Positions 53,607 through 55,426 of a stretch of 55,426 bases of DNA are shown here, one piece after another. Each line of letters opens with the position of its first letter. Within the stretch, counting starts at the first letter, position 1. Source of the stretch: a virus (taxonomy: Duplodnaviria > Caudoviricetes); the IMG/VR virus record IMGVR_UViG_3300045253_000025, positions 1-55,426 of that record. One strand, written 5' to 3'. The notes under the pieces are model-generated. The model was not told the origin of the DNA, made no database searches, and saw nothing but the letters and a program-made list of their open reading frames with translations. The position numbers were made by a program, and so were the translations under genes.

Positions 53607-53725
53607 AAAAATGATAGCTGAATACCGCCTACCGTATTGCACGAGTCTCGGCACACTTCGAGCGTCACGAACTGCATCCTCGCGTCAGATAGCCAACACT
53701 GACAAACCTAGCTATCTCAGCCATC
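53607..53725 (-). ncRNA. Candidate four-way-junction RNA
   Basis: Four stems meeting with 0-2 nt linkers, ending in a U tract (by eye). Confidence 0.5.
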
Positions 53726-53733
53726 TCAGTGAT

Positions 53734-54786
53734 TCAATCCTCCAATTCTGGGAAGGGGATTTTCCGCTTGTATAAGCCGAAGGGTGAGTTTTTTGTAATC
53801 AGATCGAATAGATCGGAGCGGCCTCCGTACCTTGTGAATAGCGACCCCGGCTTGAAGTAATGCTCGGCAGCTTCGGTATGGCCGTAGACTTTGATTGCCT
53901 CGTACCAGCGGACGATCTGAGCAAGGTACTTATCTAGCTGGTCGGTAACGAATCGCTCGATGTCATCGGGTGAAAAGATTACACGGAATCGGATGAAATA
54001 ATGGGCGGGGTCTTTGTCGATATCGGCAGCGATGCGATCGACGAACATCTCAACCGTTTTGTCCTTGAGCGTCATCCGATGCCCAGGCTGACGAACCAGA
54101 TCATAGACGACGCCACGGATCGGCTTGCCTAGCTCCTGCTCTGCGCAGTAGCAGTACATCCCGGTCTGAAGATCAAAGGGAAGTGAATCGCGGATACCGT
54201 CTTCGTCGATACGTCCCTTGGTCTTCATCTCGTGGAGATAGAGACCGGGAGCTTCCTTATACTTGTCGTCGAAGATTCCGTCTTTGCGACCAGTGAGTGG
54301 AATGAAGTAAGTATCATCGGGACTATCTAAGTCTGATATTCTGGTATCGTAAAGCGTCTTGAAGACCCGCTCCCGCTCGACCCATTTTCGTTCCTTGTCG
54401 GTCTTCTTCCAAAATTCGAGATACTTGGGAAGCATCATCTCAACCGTCTTGTGGATGACTTCGAGTTGCTTGATCTCCTTGTCGGTTAGACCGGCTAACT
54501 GGATTGACTTCTTGCGATAGGCTTTGATCGCCGCTTTCGGACCGAGACCATCTGTGTGAATGCGAGCCAGAGCGTCATGGAAACAGGAACCGAACTCGAT
54601 CGGATCGGAAGTAACTTTTTTCGACCAGCCTTCCATGACGTGCAACCGGAAATGTTCCCGATCTTCGAGGAAGGTCTGGATCGAGCCTTGCGTCAGTCCG
54701 TCACGATACAAGTCCCAGATCGGCTCCGACTTGATCGGGCGCTTGCGGGACGGGATCGCGGACGGTTTCTTCTTGGTGAATGGCAT
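53734..54786 (-). CDS. PD-(D/E)XK exonuclease (Cas4/RecB-like)
   Basis: FGSCFH, GRKDG, HEMKTK, QTGMY. Confidence 0.85.
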   Translation of the reverse strand: MPFTKKKPSAIPSRKRPIKSEPIWDLYRDGLTQGSIQTFLEDREHFRLHVMEGWSKKVTSDPIEFGSCFHDALARIHTDGLGPKAAIKAYRKKSIQLAGLTDKEIKQLEVIHKTVEMMLPKYLEFWKKTDKERKWVERERVFKTLYDTRISDLDSPDDTYFIPLTGRKDGIFDDKYKEAPGLYLHEMKTKGRIDEDGIRDSLPFDLQTGMYCYCAEQELGKPIRGVVYDLVRQPGHRMTLKDKTVEMFVDRIAADIDKDPAHYFIRFRVIFSPDDIERFVTDQLDKYLAQIVRWYEAIKVYGHTEAAEHYFKPGSLFTRYGGRSDLFDLITKNSPFGLYKRKIPFPELED

Positions 54787-54788
54787 CG

Positions 54789-54977
54789 TTAAATCTTCCT
54801 GACTTGGGGGTACTTCTGGCAAAGCTCGGTATAGTTCCGCTGGATGACCTTGTATTTTTCTTCGCTCAAGCCGCTGTCTCGGATCGCTTGCGGATCGAAC
54901 ATATCGTAAGCCCCGGACGATCGGATCACTTCGTATCGCTCGAAGTCCTCAATGCGGATTTCTTGCCAATAGATCAT
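54789..54977 (-). CDS. Small hypothetical protein (DUF5049-like)
   Basis: IRSSGAYDMFD motif. Confidence 0.55.
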   Translation of the reverse strand: MIYWQEIRIEDFERYEVIRSSGAYDMFDPQAIRDSGLSEEKYKVIQRNYTELCQKYPQVRKI

Positions 54978-55126
54978 TTTCGCTTCTCTTGTTTTGCTTC
55001 TTCGGTAAGCATCGAATCGTCTAAATAATCGAGTATCTTCCCTAAAACTCCGACTTTGCGAGCCAGAAAACCTACGAGCAATACCCCAGCCAGATAACCG
55101 AGACAGAATCCCTGCCAGAACTCCAT
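54974..55126 (-). CDS. 50-aa single-TM protein
   Basis: Manual translation MEFWQGFCLGYLAGVLLVGFL...; coupled at both ends. Confidence 0.55.
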   Translation of the reverse strand: MEFWQGFCLGYLAGVLLVGFLARKVGVLGKILDYLDDSMLTEEAKQEKRK

Positions 55127-55426
55127 CACAAAATCCTTTCTAAGAATCCTCGCAGCTTCAAGACGTTCCGCTTCCAGTCGAGGACCAAATCCTTGCGGGG
55201 GGAAGTCTCGTGCAGAAAATAAGCCGGGTGAGTGATCTCGATAGTCGGGAGATTCGTATCGGGACCGAACCGCTCCGCGACCCGGCCAACGTAAACGATT
55301 CCCTTCGGCTTGGCTAGCTCAATCAATTCAACGATCCGGGGAGAGCAAGCTTTGGCTTCTTCCTTCGATGGCTCCCGAACGGTACGAGCTTGCAGATCGA
55401 GCCAGGGAGCGCAAGCCAGGATGTTC
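55126..55426 (-). CDS. udg: Uracil-DNA glycosylase family 4, C-terminal part
   Basis: P..IV.VGR.A and THPAY motifs; in frame with 1..483 across the junction. Confidence 0.85.
   Translation of the reverse strand, partial: NILACAPWLDLQARTVREPSKEEAKACSPRIVELIELAKPKGIVYVGRVAERFGPDTNLPTIEITHPAYFLHETSPRKDLVLDWKRNVLKLRGFLERIL
55300..55426. repeat. Terminal direct repeat copy 2
   Basis: Identical to 1-127. Confidence 0.95.

Noticed and set aside
52530-53725. Assigning the intergenic structures to tRNA or to a known ribozyme or riboswitch class
   Set aside because: No T-loop/anticodon geometry or complete consensus match was visible by eye; this needs Infernal.
53734-54786. Cas4-like nuclease as part of a CRISPR system
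   Set aside because: It sits in the usual exonuclease-Sak4-SSB recombination module.
3769-55028. Numerous plus-strand and nested ORFs in the track
   Set aside because: They overlap better-supported minus-strand genes and show no motifs or RBS.
55300-55426. 127-bp terminal repeat as a biological phage end
   Set aside because: It is an exact copy in mid-gene and its length equals a common assembler k-mer, so it is best read as a circular overlap.

Overview
This window is an apparently complete, circularly assembled genome (55,299 bp plus a 127-bp end overlap) of a tailed dsDNA phage, encoded almost entirely on the minus strand. Replication and nucleotide genes: family A DNA polymerase, Zn-finger/TOPRIM primase fused to an MCM-like AAA+ domain, Sak4-like ATPase, SSB, PD-(D/E)XK exonuclease, family-4 UDG across the junction, ThyX. 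Host-like genes: CsrA, acyl carrier protein, two secreted CxxCH/cytochrome c-type proteins, a papain-family protease, a glycosyltransferase and two methyltransferases. It also has terminase subunits and a rearranged Mu/lambda-like head and tail module. No integrase, endolysin, tRNA or CRISPR array was recognised. The accessory genes suggest a Planctomycetota host (inference). The standout unexplained feature is a dispersed family of at least ten tiny (54-72 aa), very basic proteins inserted between structural genes. They share only an N-terminal tag, M[KR]x[GS]Tx[KR]L[IM]xx[LF], and most are below the ORF-track cutoff. They are candidate capsid-targeted internal or DNA-condensing proteins. Also present: three families of repeated DNA sites, a divergent promoter switch with a leaderless regulator candidate, several multi-stem intergenic RNAs, a -1 frameshifted tail chaperone in an unusual position, and a lipoprotein-HNH-tail-fibre fusion. 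All product calls come from motif recognition by eye, not database searches.
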